This document shows, one piece after another, positions 12,595-25,688 of a stretch of DNA of 64,000 nt. This stretch comes from Malacoraja senta. Its lineage: Eukaryota. Both the position numbers and the translations under genes were made by a program. The stretch's first letter is position 1, and every line of letters begins with the position of its first letter. A model generated the notes under the pieces. It was not told the origin of the DNA. It saw only the letters and a list, made by a program, of their open reading frames with translations, and ran no database searches. The DNA lies in NCBI GenBank assembly GCA_038087875.1, contig CM075977.1, positions 224,936,001 to 225,000,000 of the forward strand, given 5' to 3'.

Positions 12595-12925
12595 AAAATG
12601 CTGGTGTTGCTGGAAATCTGAAATAATAGTAAAAAATGTTCGGCATAATCAACAGGTAGGAAATAACTGTGAGAAGTCTAACTCCACAGATGCTAGGGTA
12701 ACTCAGCGGATCAAGCTGCATTTCTTGAGAACATGGAGGACATTTCAGGTCACGATCCTTCTTTGATCCCCACCCAAAATATCACCAATCCTGCAGAGAT
12801 ATCCCCCAGAGATGCTGCCTGACCGGTTGAGTTTCTCCAGCACTTTGTGTTTTACTCAAGGCTCCAGCATTTGCAGTTCCTAATGTCTCCACAAATGCCA
12901 GCTGGCCTACTAATGATTTGCAGCA
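12595..12925. mobile_element. Cluster of diverged Penelope-pLTR-like fragments
   Basis: GCTAGGGTAACTCAGCGG...CAGGTCACGATCCTTCTT...AGAGATGCTGCCTGACCGGTTGAGTTTCTCCAGCAC. Confidence 0.55.
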
Positions 12926-13129
12926 TTTTCTCGGCATATCTGCTCAGCAGTGGGATCAATGAGTGTGCAGATTGACTGTGCAAAATTGATGGAGCTCTTG
13001 TTGGAGGTGTTATATGTAGATGCCTGAATAGGTCTTTAGCAAGCAAAGTAGGGGTTCATAGTTTGCTGAAAGATCTCAATCAGACGTTAGGAGGTGGCCT
13101 TGCCTTTAGCTATTGGTCGCAGACCTCTA

Positions 13130-13718
13130 AGACAATAGACAATAGGTGCAGGAGTAGGCCATTCAGCCCTTCAAGCCAGCACCGCCATTCAATGTGATCA
13201 TGGCTGATCATCCACAATCAGTACCCCGGTCCTGCTTTCTCCCCATATCCCCTGACTTCAAGAGCCCTATCTAACTCTCTCTTGAAAGTATCCAGAGAAC
13301 TGGCCTCCACCACCCTCTGAGGCAGAGAATTCCACAGGCTCACAACTCTCTGTGTGAAAAAGTGTTTCCTCATCTCCGTTCTAAATGGCTTACCCCTTAT
13401 TCTTAAACTGTTGTCCCTGGTTCTGGATTCGCCCAACATCGGGAACATGTTTCCTGCCTCTAGCATGTCCAAACCTTAATAATCTTATATGTTTCAATAA
13501 GATACCCTCTCATCCTTCTAAATACCAGAATTTTCAAGTCCAGCCGCTCCATTCTCTCAGCATATGACAGTCCCGCCATCCCGGGAATTAACCTGTGAAC
13601 CTACGCTGCACTCCCTCAATAGCAAGAATGTTCTTCCTCAAATTTGGAGAGCAAAACTGCACACAATACTCCAGGTGTGGTCTCACTAGGGCCCTGTACA
13701 ACTGCAGAAGGACCTCTT
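13130..13718 (-). mobile_element. CR1 3' fragment
   Basis: Near-identical to the other CR1 3' ends (RTEMRKHFFTQRVVSLWNSLP). Confidence 0.92.
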
Positions 13719-14516
13719 TAGAGTCAATCTGTAAACATTGCTGCCCCTCTAGATCTCCTCTCCTTCAGGCATTTTAGGCAATATTCAATATGGTACAGGG
13801 GTAGGCCATTCGACCCTTCGAGCCAGCACCGCCATTCAATGTGATCATGGCTGATCATCCACAATCTGCCTCTTTGAGCAAACCTTTGGCCATCTGTTAT
13901 TTTGTGTTTTCAATTGATATGTACATGGGGCATTTTATTATGTTGAAGGGAAAATACAAATGTGAGTTGGATGTTACTGTTTTGTCATTTTCCAGATACA
14001 ACAGAACCAGTAGTCCTGCCCTGATCCTAGAACTAGTGTACTAGTTACCTGTTCACCTCTGTCGTCACATCATCCACAATCATCACTAGTTACACTAAAT
14101 AATTTACTATAATTAACTTTTAAAGGGTTAAACAATCCATATTATTGGACACTCAATGACTCTACTCCACTGAATTCTCATTTGTTTGACTCATTTGGTC
14201 CCATCATACCATTGGGCATGGCACCATTTATCAAGCCTTTACAAAAACAACTGCTTCTCCAGTACTAAGACCATCCTTAAACTCAATGTTTTTCACCCAA
14301 TTTGTTGATTATCCCTCCAGGTTTCTTCTCTGCATATTCCCATGAAGTTCCAGAAACAGTACTACTAATGTACTGAATTAGTACGTTATTTTTAATGTCA
14401 GCAATATAATTGCTGCGGAGATCATTAGAGCTATTACTCAAAGATTAGTAAAAAATGTACTTAAGTACCAAATTAGAATGAAGAAGAAAGAATGGAAAGG
14501 AAGTTGAAACACTCAC

Positions 14517-14697
14517 CTTGACTTTAATCCTGAAATGTGTTTTACGCACCAGCCACCCTCGGACAAACTTCTGAATAAAGATAGCTGCCTTTTTTTGGCG
14601 ATAAGGACTTGGACCATTCCTCTTTGGATAAGAAGCTTCTATAAGTTCAACATGTGGCATGGAATATTCCAGTCTTCGACTGCGCACAGCATTGAAC
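14517..14697 (-). CDS. IQCM: IQCM-like gene, IQ-motif exon (181 nt)
   Basis: Acceptor AAACAG|G, donor AAG|GTGAGT. Encodes PHVELIE...AAIFIQKFVRGWLVRK, a canonical IQxxxRGxxxRK calmodulin-binding motif, resembling the mammalian IQCM segment as I recall it (PHIEIF...MQAHVRGWLERK). Confidence 0.88.
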
Positions 14698-15642
14698 CTG
14701 TTTAGGCTGCAAAGGATTAGATTCAAAATTAACATCGGGATAATTTCATGTTGAGACAAGTAAATGTGCTTGACACATTGAGGTGGTCACGACCTAGAAT
14801 TTAATATGATGGTTAGGTTATTTCCTGATTTTTGCATTGCCCACAACAGTTATAGCAGGATAAAGAATAATCCTTAATAGAAAATTAACATTGTTGATGA
14901 ATTAAAAGACTGACTAATTGTTTAAAGTATTTATATTGGATATTTAATGTCATGATTTTTATGTATCTCCCTTTCTTGGCTGGACCAGAAGCCCCATTAT
15001 ATATATTCTTCACATTATATGTTATGTCAGTTCCCATGGAAGAGATCTTGTCCAGCCAGCTGCAAGAGAAATATAGAACTATTAAAATTTGTTGCACTTT
15101 GTAGATCAAGAAACTCACTAAAAAATGTTCGCTGAGACCAACATAAAGGAACTGTGGAGGCATTACGACTTGTTTTAGTCACTGCTATGGCAGACTTCCA
15201 CACTCACTATAGCATCATCTGGTTACATAGTACTGGAATAACAAACCAATTCAACCAGATTTACATTTAGAAGACAAAGATAAAGAAATCAGGCTGATAT
15301 ATATCCATTGTGAATAATGAAGCATTATCGCAACGGAAGTGTAAGGTCTAGACTTTTCCCAGGAGAATTAAAACTATTTGGCATAATTTTCCGCAATTTA
15401 GAGCTGAAAAGTTTCATAAAGACAAATAACTGCGGTATTCAGCTTCTTCCACAGATGATGTGCAATGTATTTAATTTTATACTCATCATATCAATTAATC
15501 TGCAAAGAAAAGCTTCAGAATATTTCTCTTTTTTAAGGATTAAAGTTCGAAAATGACTCCCAGAACTTCCAGATTTCTGTTAATAGATTTGTGGGGTCAA
15601 CAGCTCGGTAGCCTCTGAGGAGTGTTTTTATTGTAATCCTAA

Positions 15643-15923
15643 AGGGCCTGTCCCACTTACGCGATTTTTTTGGTGACTTGCCGGCACCCGTCATAGTCGC
15701 AAGCAGGTCGCCAACATTTTTCAAAATGTTGAAAATCCAGCGGCGACCAGAAAAGGGTACGACTCTTTGAGCCACTACTCAGGACCATACAGGCGTCACA
15801 CCGCGACATCCTGCTCCTCCAGTTCAAATTCAATTTTTGGAGGACCAGGAAACCAAGAACCAAGAACCAAGATTAAGACGGGTGCCGGCAAGTCGCTGGA
15901 AAATTGCATGTGGGACAGGCCCT
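15643..15923. mobile_element. PIF/Harbinger-like MITE
   Basis: TIRs AGGGCCTGTCCCAC... / ...GTGGGACAGGCCCT; 3-bp TAA TSD at 15640-15642 and 15924-15926. Confidence 0.85.
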
Positions 15924-16904
15924 TAACATACCCATTTCCAACCAAGTTTAAGACCAGATTACTTTTTAAGGATGCTTGTCTTTGATATAATAATACTTTT
16001 AAATGCCGTTAAAGGCATTTGATATAATGCCTTTAATTATGGGAATCCAAGAATAATTCAATGCTGTACTTAAGGATGCAAGTTAAACTCTTCCAAATCA
16101 GATTTTCAATTTTGACAGTATGTTTAAGCCTATTTAAATATGTTGTGTTTTTCGGAAATGCCACAGAATAATCAATTTAACAAAGTTATCTCGAGAATAG
16201 ATGGATTGCATACAATGAAGAATAAAAGCATGTCCATGAAATGTAAGTAATATAAGGTCACAAGAAAATAACAGCAGGAATAGCCTACCAGACCCCTCAA
16301 GCCTGCCCCATAATTCAAGATGGTCATGCTTGAAGACATTTTTACACACCTCAGTTTCAAATAAATCAAGATATAGCCCTTATTTTTGTAGCTATGTCCT
16401 CTTGTTTGTGACACTCCCACTGGTCAAAACACTCATCATCTAACCCGTCACGACCCCTTAGGACATGATAAATTTGAATAAAGTCTACCCTCACTCTTCT
16501 AAACTCCAAGCAATCTATATAATTAAAAGTCTAAACTTGACTACTTCCTGTTTGCACTGTATATTGATTTTAGAAAAAACGCTGTGACTTATGGCTATGA
16601 TCTTTGGCCATCTTACTCAGTCCCCCTCCAGCTGTCAGAGCCAGAGGATTTTTCCCATTGATGAAAAATAAGACTTATTAATGTTTAAAAAATGTTGAGA
16701 TTCTCTCTCCTGTCAATCACGCCATGAAGGCCACGCCTCTTCCAGTGGGAGGGGGAAGGGACTATAAAACCCAGAAGTGTGGATGTGCCTCAGTCTCTGC
16801 AAGATGGGGGAGTGAGAGGTCATGACTCTCAGTCTGAGCTGTGAATAACACTGAACACATGTCTACTAAACTGTGAGTGTGGTTTTATGGACCTGTGAGT
16901 GCCC

Positions 16905-17429
16905 TTAATGTGGTTTGAAAATGAAATTTGAAAATGAAAATATGGTTTGAAAATGAAGTTTGAAAATGAAAATGTGGTTTGAAAATGAAGTTTGAAAATG
17001 AAAATGTGGTTGGTTTGAAAATGTGGTTGGTTTGAAAAAGTGGTTGGTTTGAAAATGTGGTTGGTTTGAAAATGTGGTTGGTTTGAAAATGAAAATATGG
17101 TTGGTTTGAAAATGAAAATGTGGTTGGCTTGAAAATGAAAATGTGGTTGGTTTGAAAATGAAAATGTGGTTGGTTTGAAAATGAAAATGTGGTTGGTTTG
17201 AAAATGAAAATGTGGTTGGTTTGAAAATGAAAATGTGCTTGGTTTGAAAATGAAAATGTGGTTGGTTTGAAAATGAAAATTTGAAAATGAAAATGTGGTT
17301 GGTTTGAAAATGAGGTTTGAAAATGAAAGTGTGGTTTGAAAAGTAAGTTTGAAAATAAAAATGTGGTTTGAAAATTAAGTTTGAAAATGAAAATGTGGTT
17401 GGTTTGAAAATGAAAATGTGGTTTGAAAA
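16905..17429 (+). repeat. Minisatellite (GGTTTGAAAATGAAAATGTGGTT)n inside the Helitron
   Basis: Directly visible tandem array with 17-23-bp variant units. Confidence 0.95.
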
Positions 17430-17739
17430 TCTATATAATTAAAAGTCTAACCTTGACCACTTCCTGTTTGCGCTGTATTTTGATTTTAGAAAAAACGCTA
17501 CCATGTACAGCTGTGATTTTTGGCCATCTTACTCATAGTCCCCCTCCGCTCATCAGGTGCTGAGGATTTTTCCCATCGATAAAAAATAAAAGAGTTATTA
17601 GTGTTTTAAAAATGTTGAGATTCTCTCTCCTGTCAATCATGTCATGAAGGCTACGCCCCTTCCGGTGGGAGGGGCAAGGCTCAGTCTCTGCAAGATGGGG
17701 AGGGAGAGGTCACGACTCTCTGTCTTTGGTGGCCTATCA

Positions 17740-18402
17740 CTCTGCTTGAAGTGGTATGAAACTGCGCTTGAATTTGGTGGCCTTGCACCCTGCTTGATGT
17801 GGTAGGAAACTGCACTTTAATTTGGTGGCCTTGCACCCTGCATGAAGTGGTAGAAAACTGCACTTGAATTTGTTGGCCTTGCACCCTGCTTGAAGTGGTA
17901 GGAATGCACTTGAATTTGGTGGCCTTGCACCCTGCTTGAAGTGGTAGGAAACTGCATTTGAGTTTGGTGGCCTTGCACCCTGCTTGAAGTGGTATGAAAC
18001 TGCGCTTGAATTTGCTTGCCTTGCACCCTGCTTGGTATGAAACTGCCCTTGAAATTGGTGGCCTTGCACACTGCTTGAAGTGGTATGAAACTGCACTTGA
18101 ATTTGGTGGCCTTGCACCCAGCTTAAGGTGGTATGAAACTGCATTTGAATTTGGTGGCCTTGGACCCTGCTTGAAGTGGTAGGAAACTGCACTTGAACTT
18201 GGTGGCCTTGCACCCTGCTTGAAGTGGTAGGAAACTGCACTTGAATTTGGTGGCCTTGCACCCTACTTGAGATGGTATGAAACTGCACTAGAATTTGGTG
18301 GCCTTGTACCCTGCTTGAGGTAGTATGAAACTGCATTTGAATTTGGTGGTCTTGCACCCTGCTTGAAGTGGTATGAAACTGCACTTGAACTTGGTGGCCT
18401 TG
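17740..18402 (+). repeat. 48-bp tandem repeat (TGCTTGAAGTGGTATGAAACTGCACTTGAATTTGGTGGCCTTGCACCC)n, left part
   Basis: About 14 units; gives the 16-aa periodic ORFs in the track. Confidence 0.95.
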
Positions 18403-21400
18403 AGGGACTCAAATAGAGAAAGCTAGTAGACAGTGTGTGAGGCAGGACGCAGAGAAGGGAAGCACTCAGACCCAACATGTAGGGGGAAAGAAGAAAAAAA
18501 TAATAAACAGAGAATAAGAGGTGGTGGGTTTCTTAAATGTGTGAGCAGAGAGACAGAGGGGTGTAAAATGAGGGTAGAAGCAATAGGTAGCAAGGTGAAA
18601 AGTAAAAGTGGCAGGCAGACAAATCCAGGGCAAAAATCAAAAAGGGCCACTTTTCAACATAATTGTATAAGGGGTAAGAGCGTTGTAAAAACAAGCCTGA
18701 AGGCTTTGTGTCTCAATGCAAGGAGCATTTGTAATAAGGTGGATGAGTTGAATGTGCAGATAGCTATTAATGATTATGATATAGTTGGGATCACAGAGAC
18801 ATGGCTCCAGGGTGACCAAGGCTGGGAGCTGAACATCCAGGGATATTCAATATTCAGGAAGGATAGACAGAAAGGAAAAGGAGGTGGGGTAGCATTGCTG
18901 GTTAGAGAGGAGATTAACGCAATAGAAAGGAAGGACATTAGCTTGGAGGATGTGGAATCGATATGGGTAGAGCTGCGAAACACTAAGGGGCAGAAAACGC
19001 TAGTGGGTGTTGTGTACGGGCCACCTAATAGTAGTAGTGGAGTTGGCGATGGCATCAAACAGGAAATTAGAAATGCGTGCAACAAAGGTAAAACAGTTAT
19101 AATGGGTGACTTCAATCTACATATAGATTGGGTGAATCAAATTGGCAGGGGTGCTGAGGAAGAGGATTTCTTGGAATGTATGCGGGATAGTTTTCTAAAC
19201 CAACATGTAGAGGAACCAACGAGAGAGCAGGCTATTCTAGACTGGGTATTGAGTAATTAGGAAGGGTTAGTTAGCAGTCTTGTTGTGCGTGGCCCCTTGG
19301 GAAAGAGTGATCATAATATGGTTGCGTTCTTCATTAGGATGGAGAGTGACATTGTTTAATTCAGAAACAAGGTTCTGAACTTAAAGAAAGGTAACTTTGA
19401 GGGTATGAGATGTGAATTGGCCAAGATAGACTGGCAATTGTTTCTTAAAGCAATTGATTTTCCAAGATGGCAGATGTGCAGGAGTGGGGCGCCGTTTGTA
19501 TGGCAGCCTGCTGCAGTCCATCGTCTAACTTTTTTATTGTCTGAAACATTTTTTTTTATTGGAGTCTATTCTTTCTATGTGGGGGGGAACTGTTTTAACC
19601 CCAGTCTACCTGGTCGGAGATGCGGTTTTCCTCCTAATCGCGTCTCCGATCTCCCCATGCGGCCTTCCATCGGGCTGGAGCGGCCGTTCCTGCCGGGGAC
19701 CACAGCTTCGGCGGCACAGCGCTGGGACACCAACGGGGAGCGGGCGATGCCTTGCCGGGTCGCCGCTCCGGATTGCTGTGGCCACCGACCACCAACATCG
19801 GGCAGCCGCGGTCTGTGGTTTGAGGGCATCCCGCCGCGGGCGGGCGACGCTGGATCAGGAACACCGCGGAGTCGAAGCTCCAACCGGCGCGGCCTGAAGT
19901 CCGCGGGCGTCGCAGTCTCCGGGGAAGGAGCGGCCGCTTCAGACATTTTCAAGCTGCTGAGGACTTTTTCCACCCGATGCAGGTGGGCAGACAACATCGG
20001 GCTGCCGTTGCGGCGACTGGCTGCAGTGGCCTCAGACTGGCCCCGACCTCGGGTGGACTAGGAGGAGGAGGAGGACTGGACATTTTAGTGCCTTCCCTCA
20101 CAGTGGAGAGTGTAGATTCTACTGTGGGGGGATGTTCGTGTTTGTGTAAAATCTCTTATAGTGTGTTGTCATTTTTCTATCTCTTTTTATTATTTGTATG
20201 GTTAGTTAACTGTAAAGCACTTTGGCTTTTGATTTAATTCAATTGGAAAATGTGCTATATAAATAAAATTATTATATTATTATATATATTAAAGGGTTGA
20301 TGGTGGATATGCAATGGAAGGCATTTAAAGACTGCATGGATGAACTACAACAATTGTTCATTCCAGTTTGGCAAAAGAATACTTCAGGGAAGGTAGTGCA
20401 TCCGTGGATAACAAGGGAAATCAGGGATAGTATCAAAACAAAAGATGAAGCGTACAAATTAGCCAGAAAAAGCAGCCTACCAGAGGACTGGGAGAAATTC
20501 AGAGTCCAGCAGAGGAGGACAAAGGGCTTAATTAGGAAAGGGAAAATAGATTATGAAAGAAAACTGTCAGGGAACATAAAAACTGACTGCAAAAGTTTTT
20601 ATGGATATGTGAAGAGAAAAAGATTAGTTAAAACAAATGTAGGGTCCCTTGCAGTCAGAAACAGGTGAATTGATCATGGGGAACAAGGACATGGCAGACC
20701 TTTTGAATAACTACTTTGGTTCTGTCTTCACTTGGGAAGACATAAATAATCTGCCGGAAATAGCAGAGGACCGCGGGTCAAATGAGATGGAGGATCTGAG
20801 TGAAAATCCAGGTTAGCCAGGAAGTGGTGTTTGGTAAATTGAATGGATTAATGGCCGATAAATCCCCAGGGCCAGATAGGCTGCATCCCAGAGTACTTAA
20901 GGAAGTAGCCCCAGAAATTGTGGATGCATTAGTGATAATTTTTCAAAACTCTTTAGATTCTGGAGTAGTTCCTGAGGATTGGAGGGTAGCTAATGTAACC
21001 TCACTTTTTTAAAAAGGGAGGGGGAGAAAAAAACGGGGAATTACAGACCAGTTAGTCTAACATCGGTAGTGGGGGAAAATGCTAGAGTCAGTTATTAAAG
21101 ATGGGATAGCAGCACATTTGGAAAGTGGTGAAATCATTGGACAAAGTCAGCATGGATTTACGAAAGGTAAATCGTGTCTGACGAATCTTATAGAATTTTT
21201 CGAGGATGTAACTAGTAGAGTGGATAAGGGAGAACCAGTGGATGTGTTATATCTGGCCTTTCAGAAAGCTTTTGACAAGGTCCCACATAAGAGATTAGTA
21301 TACAAACTTAAAGCACATGATATTGGGGGTTCAGTATTGATGTGGATAGAGAACTGGCTGGCAAACAGGAAGCAAAGAGTAGGAGTAAACGGGTCCTTTC

Positions 21401-22379
21401 AGAATGGCAGGCAGTGACTAGTGGGGTACCGCAAGGCTCAGTGCTGGGACCCCAGCTATTTACAATATATATTAATGATTTGGACGAGGGAATTGAATGC
21501 AACATCTCCAAGTTTGCGGATGCACGAAGCTGGGGGGCAGTGGTAGCTGTGAGGAGGATGCTAGGAGGCTGCAAGGTGACTTGGATAGGCTGGGTGAGTG
21601 GGCACAGGCATGGTAGATGCAGTATAATGTGGATAAATGTGAGGTTATCCACTTTGGTGGCAAAAACAGGAAAGTAGACTATTATCTGAATGGTGGCCGA
21701 TTAGGAAACGGGGAGATGCAACGAGACCTGGGTGTCATGGTACAAAAGTCATTGAAAGTAGGCATGTAGGTGCAGCAGGCAGTGAAGAAAGCGAATGGTA
21801 TGTTAGCATTCATAGCAAAAGGATTTGAGTACAGGAGCAGGGAGGTTCTACTGCAGTTGTACAGGGTTTTGGTGAGACCACACTGGAGTATTGCGTACAG
21901 TTTTGGTCTCCAAATCTGAGGAAAGACATTCTTGCCATAGAGGGAGTACAGAGAATGTTCACCAGACTGATTCCTGGGATGTCAGGACTTTCATATGAAG
22001 AAAGACTGGATAGACTCAGCTTGTACTCGCTGGAATTTAGAAGATTGAGGGGGGATCTTATAGAAACTTACAACATTCTTGAGGGGTTGGACAGATTGTT
22101 CCTGATGTTGGGGAAGGATAAGGGGGACATCTTTTAGGACCGAGATGAGAAAAACATTTTTCACACAGAGAGTGGTGAATCTCTGGAATTCTCTGCCACA
22201 GAGGGTAGTTGAGGTCAGTTCATTGGCTATATTTAAGAGGGAGTTACATGTGGCCCTTGTGGCTAAAGGGATCAGAGGGTATGGAGAGAAGGCAGGTACA
22301 GGATACTCAGTTGGATGATCAGCTATGATCATATTGAAGGGCCGAATGGCCTACTGCACCTATTTTCTATGTTTCTATG
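18403..22379 (+). mobile_element. Long CR1 LINE (ORF2: APE endonuclease plus RT), inserted within the 48-bp satellite
   Basis: APE motifs LNARS, GITETW, GGGVALLV, MGDFN; [27 protein letters not shown]; (TTCTATG)n tail; stops and frameshifts; the satellite unit is split as ...GGCCTTG | CACC... Confidence 0.95.
19451..20288 (+). mobile_element. GC-rich non-autonomous retroelement with L2-like 3' tail, nested in the CR1
   Basis: TTAAAG duplicated at 19445-19450 and 20289-20294; CAAGATGGC near the 5' end; 3' GTAAAGCACTTTG...AAATGTGCTATATAAATAAA plus (TAT/TA)n. Confidence 0.7.
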
Positions 22380-22825
22380 CACCATGCTTGAAGTGGTAGG
22401 AAACTGCACTTGAATTTGGTGGCCTTGCACCACTGCTTGAAGTGGTAGGAAACTGCCTTGTATTTGGTGGTCTTACACCCTGCTTGAAGTGGTATGAAAC
22501 TACACTTGAATTTGGTGGCCTTGCACCCTGCTTGAAGTGGTATGAATGCACTTGAATTTGGTGGCCTTTCACCCTGCTTGAAGAGGTAATGAAACTGCAC
22601 TTGAATTTGGTGACCTTGCACGCTGCTTGAAGTGGTAGGAAACTGCATTTGATTTGGTGGCCTTGCACCCTGCTTGAAGTGGTAGGAAACTGCACTTGAT
22701 TTGTTGGTCTTGCACCCCGCTTGAAGTGGTAGGAAACTGCACTTGAATTTGGTGGCCTTGCACCCTGCTTGAAGTGGTAGGAAACTGCACTTGAATTTGG
22801 TGGCCTTGAACCCTGCTTGAAGTGG
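22380..22825 (+). repeat. 48-bp tandem repeat, right part
   Basis: Continuation of the 17740-18402 array after the CR1. Confidence 0.95.
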
Positions 22826-23266
22826 AATTTCAAGGAATAGCCGTGAGTCAACTGCCAGCCCACCAGCCGTGAGTGAGTGAGCTGCCAGCACACCAGGCTT
22901 GAGTGACTGTGCTGCCAGCCCAAGAATCCATTTGGCCCACAATGTCCATATTAGCCCTCTGGAAACCAGTACCTTCAGCGCACAACACCAATACTAGCCC
23001 ACAACACCCATAAACACCCACTGGCCACCAATATAGGAATTGGTGGAGAGGTGGAATATTGCATTGGGGGACCAGCCCTCCCGTGTGAACATAGGAGGTC
23101 TGTCCCATCTCCCAACATAGAATTAGTCTGGCGAATCTTCCTCGGACTGCCACCAATGATATGGTTATCTATTTTAGGTAAGGGAATCAAATATTGTGTA
23201 ATGTTCCAAGTATGGCTTCAAATACACAGTACAACTATAAACAAACCTCTCTATTCGTAAACTGGA

Positions 23267-23580
23267 GGTAGACAAAAATGCTGGAGAAACTTAGCGGGTG
23301 AGGCAGCATCTATCGAGAGAAGGAATATGCGATGTTCGGGTCGAGACCCTTCTTCAGACTGATGTCGGGGGTGGGGGGGATAAAAGAAAGGAAGAGGCAG
23401 AGACAGTAGGGCTTGTGGGAGAGCTGGGAAGGGAAGGGAAGGGGGGAGAAAGCAAGGACTACTTGAAATTGGAGAATGTCAATGTTCATACCGCTGGGGT
23501 GTAAACTACCCAAGCGAAATATGAGGTGCTGTTCCTCCAATTTGCGCTGGGCCTCACTCTGGCAATGGCAGAGGCCCAGA
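23267..23580 (-). mobile_element. Penelope-like element 3' end (GIY-YIG C-terminus plus pLTR with hammerhead core)
   Basis: LEEQHLIFRLGSLHPSGMNID; minus strand CAGTCTGAAGAAGGGTCTCGACCCGAACATC; TSD ATTC(G/T)TAAACTGGA at 23253-23266 and 23581-23594. Confidence 0.85.
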
Positions 23581-23619
23581 ATTCTTAAACTGGAACCTCT
23601 TTAAGATTCTTAAACTGGA

Positions 23620-24780
23620 ATCTCTTTGCAACAAAAGCCAACGTGTTATTTTCCTTCTTAACCACTTGTTAGACCAACCTGCTACCTTGTTTGTGCTTCA
23701 TGCACTAGAACACCTAGATCCTAGATCCCTCTGAACTTCAATCATTTGCAGTCTTTCTCTATTTAGATCATAATCTGTCTTTTGATTCCTTGTAAGGAAG
23801 TGCAGGACCCCACACTTACACTCCATTGGCCAGGTTTTCACCCATTCACTCAATCTATCTATATCTTTCAGTATCACAATGTCCTCACCACCTACAGTAT
23901 CTTCGTATTGTCAACAAAGTTGGAAATCTTATACTCTTATTTCCACCTCCGGGTCATTAATGCAAATATTAAACAATTTAGGGCCAAATCCGATCCCTGA
24001 GGTACTCTATTATTTACAGGCTCCCCTGCCTGAAAATAACCCGTTCATTCCAACACTTGTTTTCTGTGTGACACGCAGTTTTTAATCCATCCTAAAAGAC
24101 CTTGAGATATTATTTTATGAGCAGGCTCTAATGTGACGCCTTGCCAGATGCCTCTTAAGAAACCAAACACAGCACATCTACAAGTTCCTCTCTATCAACG
24201 TTCCCTGTTACATCCTCAAGGAATTCGAGAAAATTTCAAACATCATTTAAATTTAATAAAACCATGTTGACTACTTCGATTATTTTCAACTTTCCTCAAT
24301 GATGTTATTTCCTATTTGAATATTGACTCTAGCATCCGTCAACAGGAAATATTAAACTAACTGGCCTATAGTTCACTATCTTCTGCGCTACTGCCTTCAT
24401 GAACAATGCAGTCACATTAGCTGTTTCAAATCATCTGGAACTCTCCTGAAATGTAGTGTGTTTTGAACATTTTCAATGAGTCTGCTATCTCAGCAGTCAC
24501 TTCCTTTAAAACACTTGGGTGCAGGCCATCAGGTCCGGGCAACAGTCTGCCTTTAGCCCCATAAGTTTTTCTAATAATCCACCCCTTGTGATAGAGATTT
24601 TTACAAGTTATTTGAAATCAGGCCTTCTGTTATCATATGGTTATTTGCAACCTCCATGGTGATTTAACATTTATGCGATTTCTTTGTTTATTTTTATAAT
24701 TCGGCAGCCTCATTCTCTCGAGGTCCCACACCTACCTTAGCTAAATCTTCCTATTTAGATATTTATAGAAACTCTTACTG
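23620..24780 (-). mobile_element. Old degraded CR1 RT region
   Basis: Diverged similarity to the CR1 RT segments elsewhere in the window (e.g. ACATCCTCAAGGAATTCGAGAAAATT, CCATCAGGTCCGGGC). Confidence 0.6.
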
Positions 24781-24888
24781 TTTGTTTTGATAATGCAGAC
24801 GGTACAGTTAAAAAAATATTTGCATCAAAACTAGAGCTTTAGACCAGCTACTGTATGCTTATCAAGCTGGCACTGATTTCAAACGTGT

Positions 24889-25688
24889 GCGGACGTGGCA
24901 CCAATGGACAAGAAGCCGAAGCAAAGAAGTGGAAGCCAAATAACTGAATGGAAACTAAGCCGAAACGCCAAATAACCGAATGGAAACCAAAGCCGAAACG
25001 CCAACTAACCGAAAGGATGGGACGCCTAAATGCAAACTAACCGAAAGGGCGGGATGCCTAAAAGCCAACTAACCGAAAGGCTGCATCGCCTAAAAGCAAA
25101 CTCACCGAATGATCGCTCTGCCGAAACGCCGCCTACCCGAAAGGAGGCGTCGCCTGCAAGTCATGGACCGAATGCCGCTCAACAGAAAAGTCCAATAACG
25201 GACTTGACGTTGCCGGGGGGCGGGATTGTCAGCGATTGGTCCAGACCCCCACGTCCATCACATCACTCTGGAGGAATGAACATTGTCCCACACCTCCGCT
25301 CCACCCGACCCACAGCCGAGTGTGGCCGTGAAGAGTGGGGCCTGCCCGGAGGGATGCGCACCTTCGGCCGCTTACAACTTGGTGCTTGGGTTCAGATTGC
25401 CCAGTCACCTATGGCTTGTGTGAGAAAATGACCCACACGCTCCCGTCTCCCCTTCTCTCTCACCTTTTCTCTCTCTCTCTCTCTCCCCCTTCTCGCTCTC
25501 TCCCCCTCCCCTCTCTCCCCCTCTCTCCCTTCTTCTCCCCATCTCTCCTCCTCTCTCTCCCCCTCCTCTCTCTCCCCCCTCTCCCTCCCTTCTCTCGCTC
25601 CCCTCTTCTCTGTCTCTCCCCTTTTCTCTTTCCCCCCTCTCTCTCCTCTCTCTCCCGCTCCCCTTCTCTCCCCTCCTCTCTCCCCTTT
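24889..25688. repeat. Probable transposon end with repeated (AA)CCGAA subterminal motifs, followed by CT-rich low-complexity sequence
   Basis: About 10 AACCGAA/AGCCGAA motifs at 24915-25170; CpG-rich; truncated by the gap. Confidence 0.5.

Larger units (their letters stand above)
16514..23095 (+). mobile_element. Composite non-autonomous Helitron (two 5' ends, two satellites, nested CR1; 3' hairpin/CTAG missing)
   Basis: A|TCTATATAATTAAAAGTC 5' ends at 16514 and 17430; internal and subterminal sequence collinear with the intact copy at 58042-59257; flanked by an old CR1. Confidence 0.8.

Noticed and set aside
17737-18384. Long periodic ORFs (also 22367-22942, 58151-58825) suggesting a repeat protein or CRISPR-like array
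   Set aside because: They come from a 48-bp tandem repeat with no spacers inside Helitrons; the frames are open because the unit is a multiple of 3 and lacks stops.
19405-20237. Overlapping 100-218 aa ORFs
   Set aside because: A by-product of high GC content in a nested retroelement; no recognisable domain.
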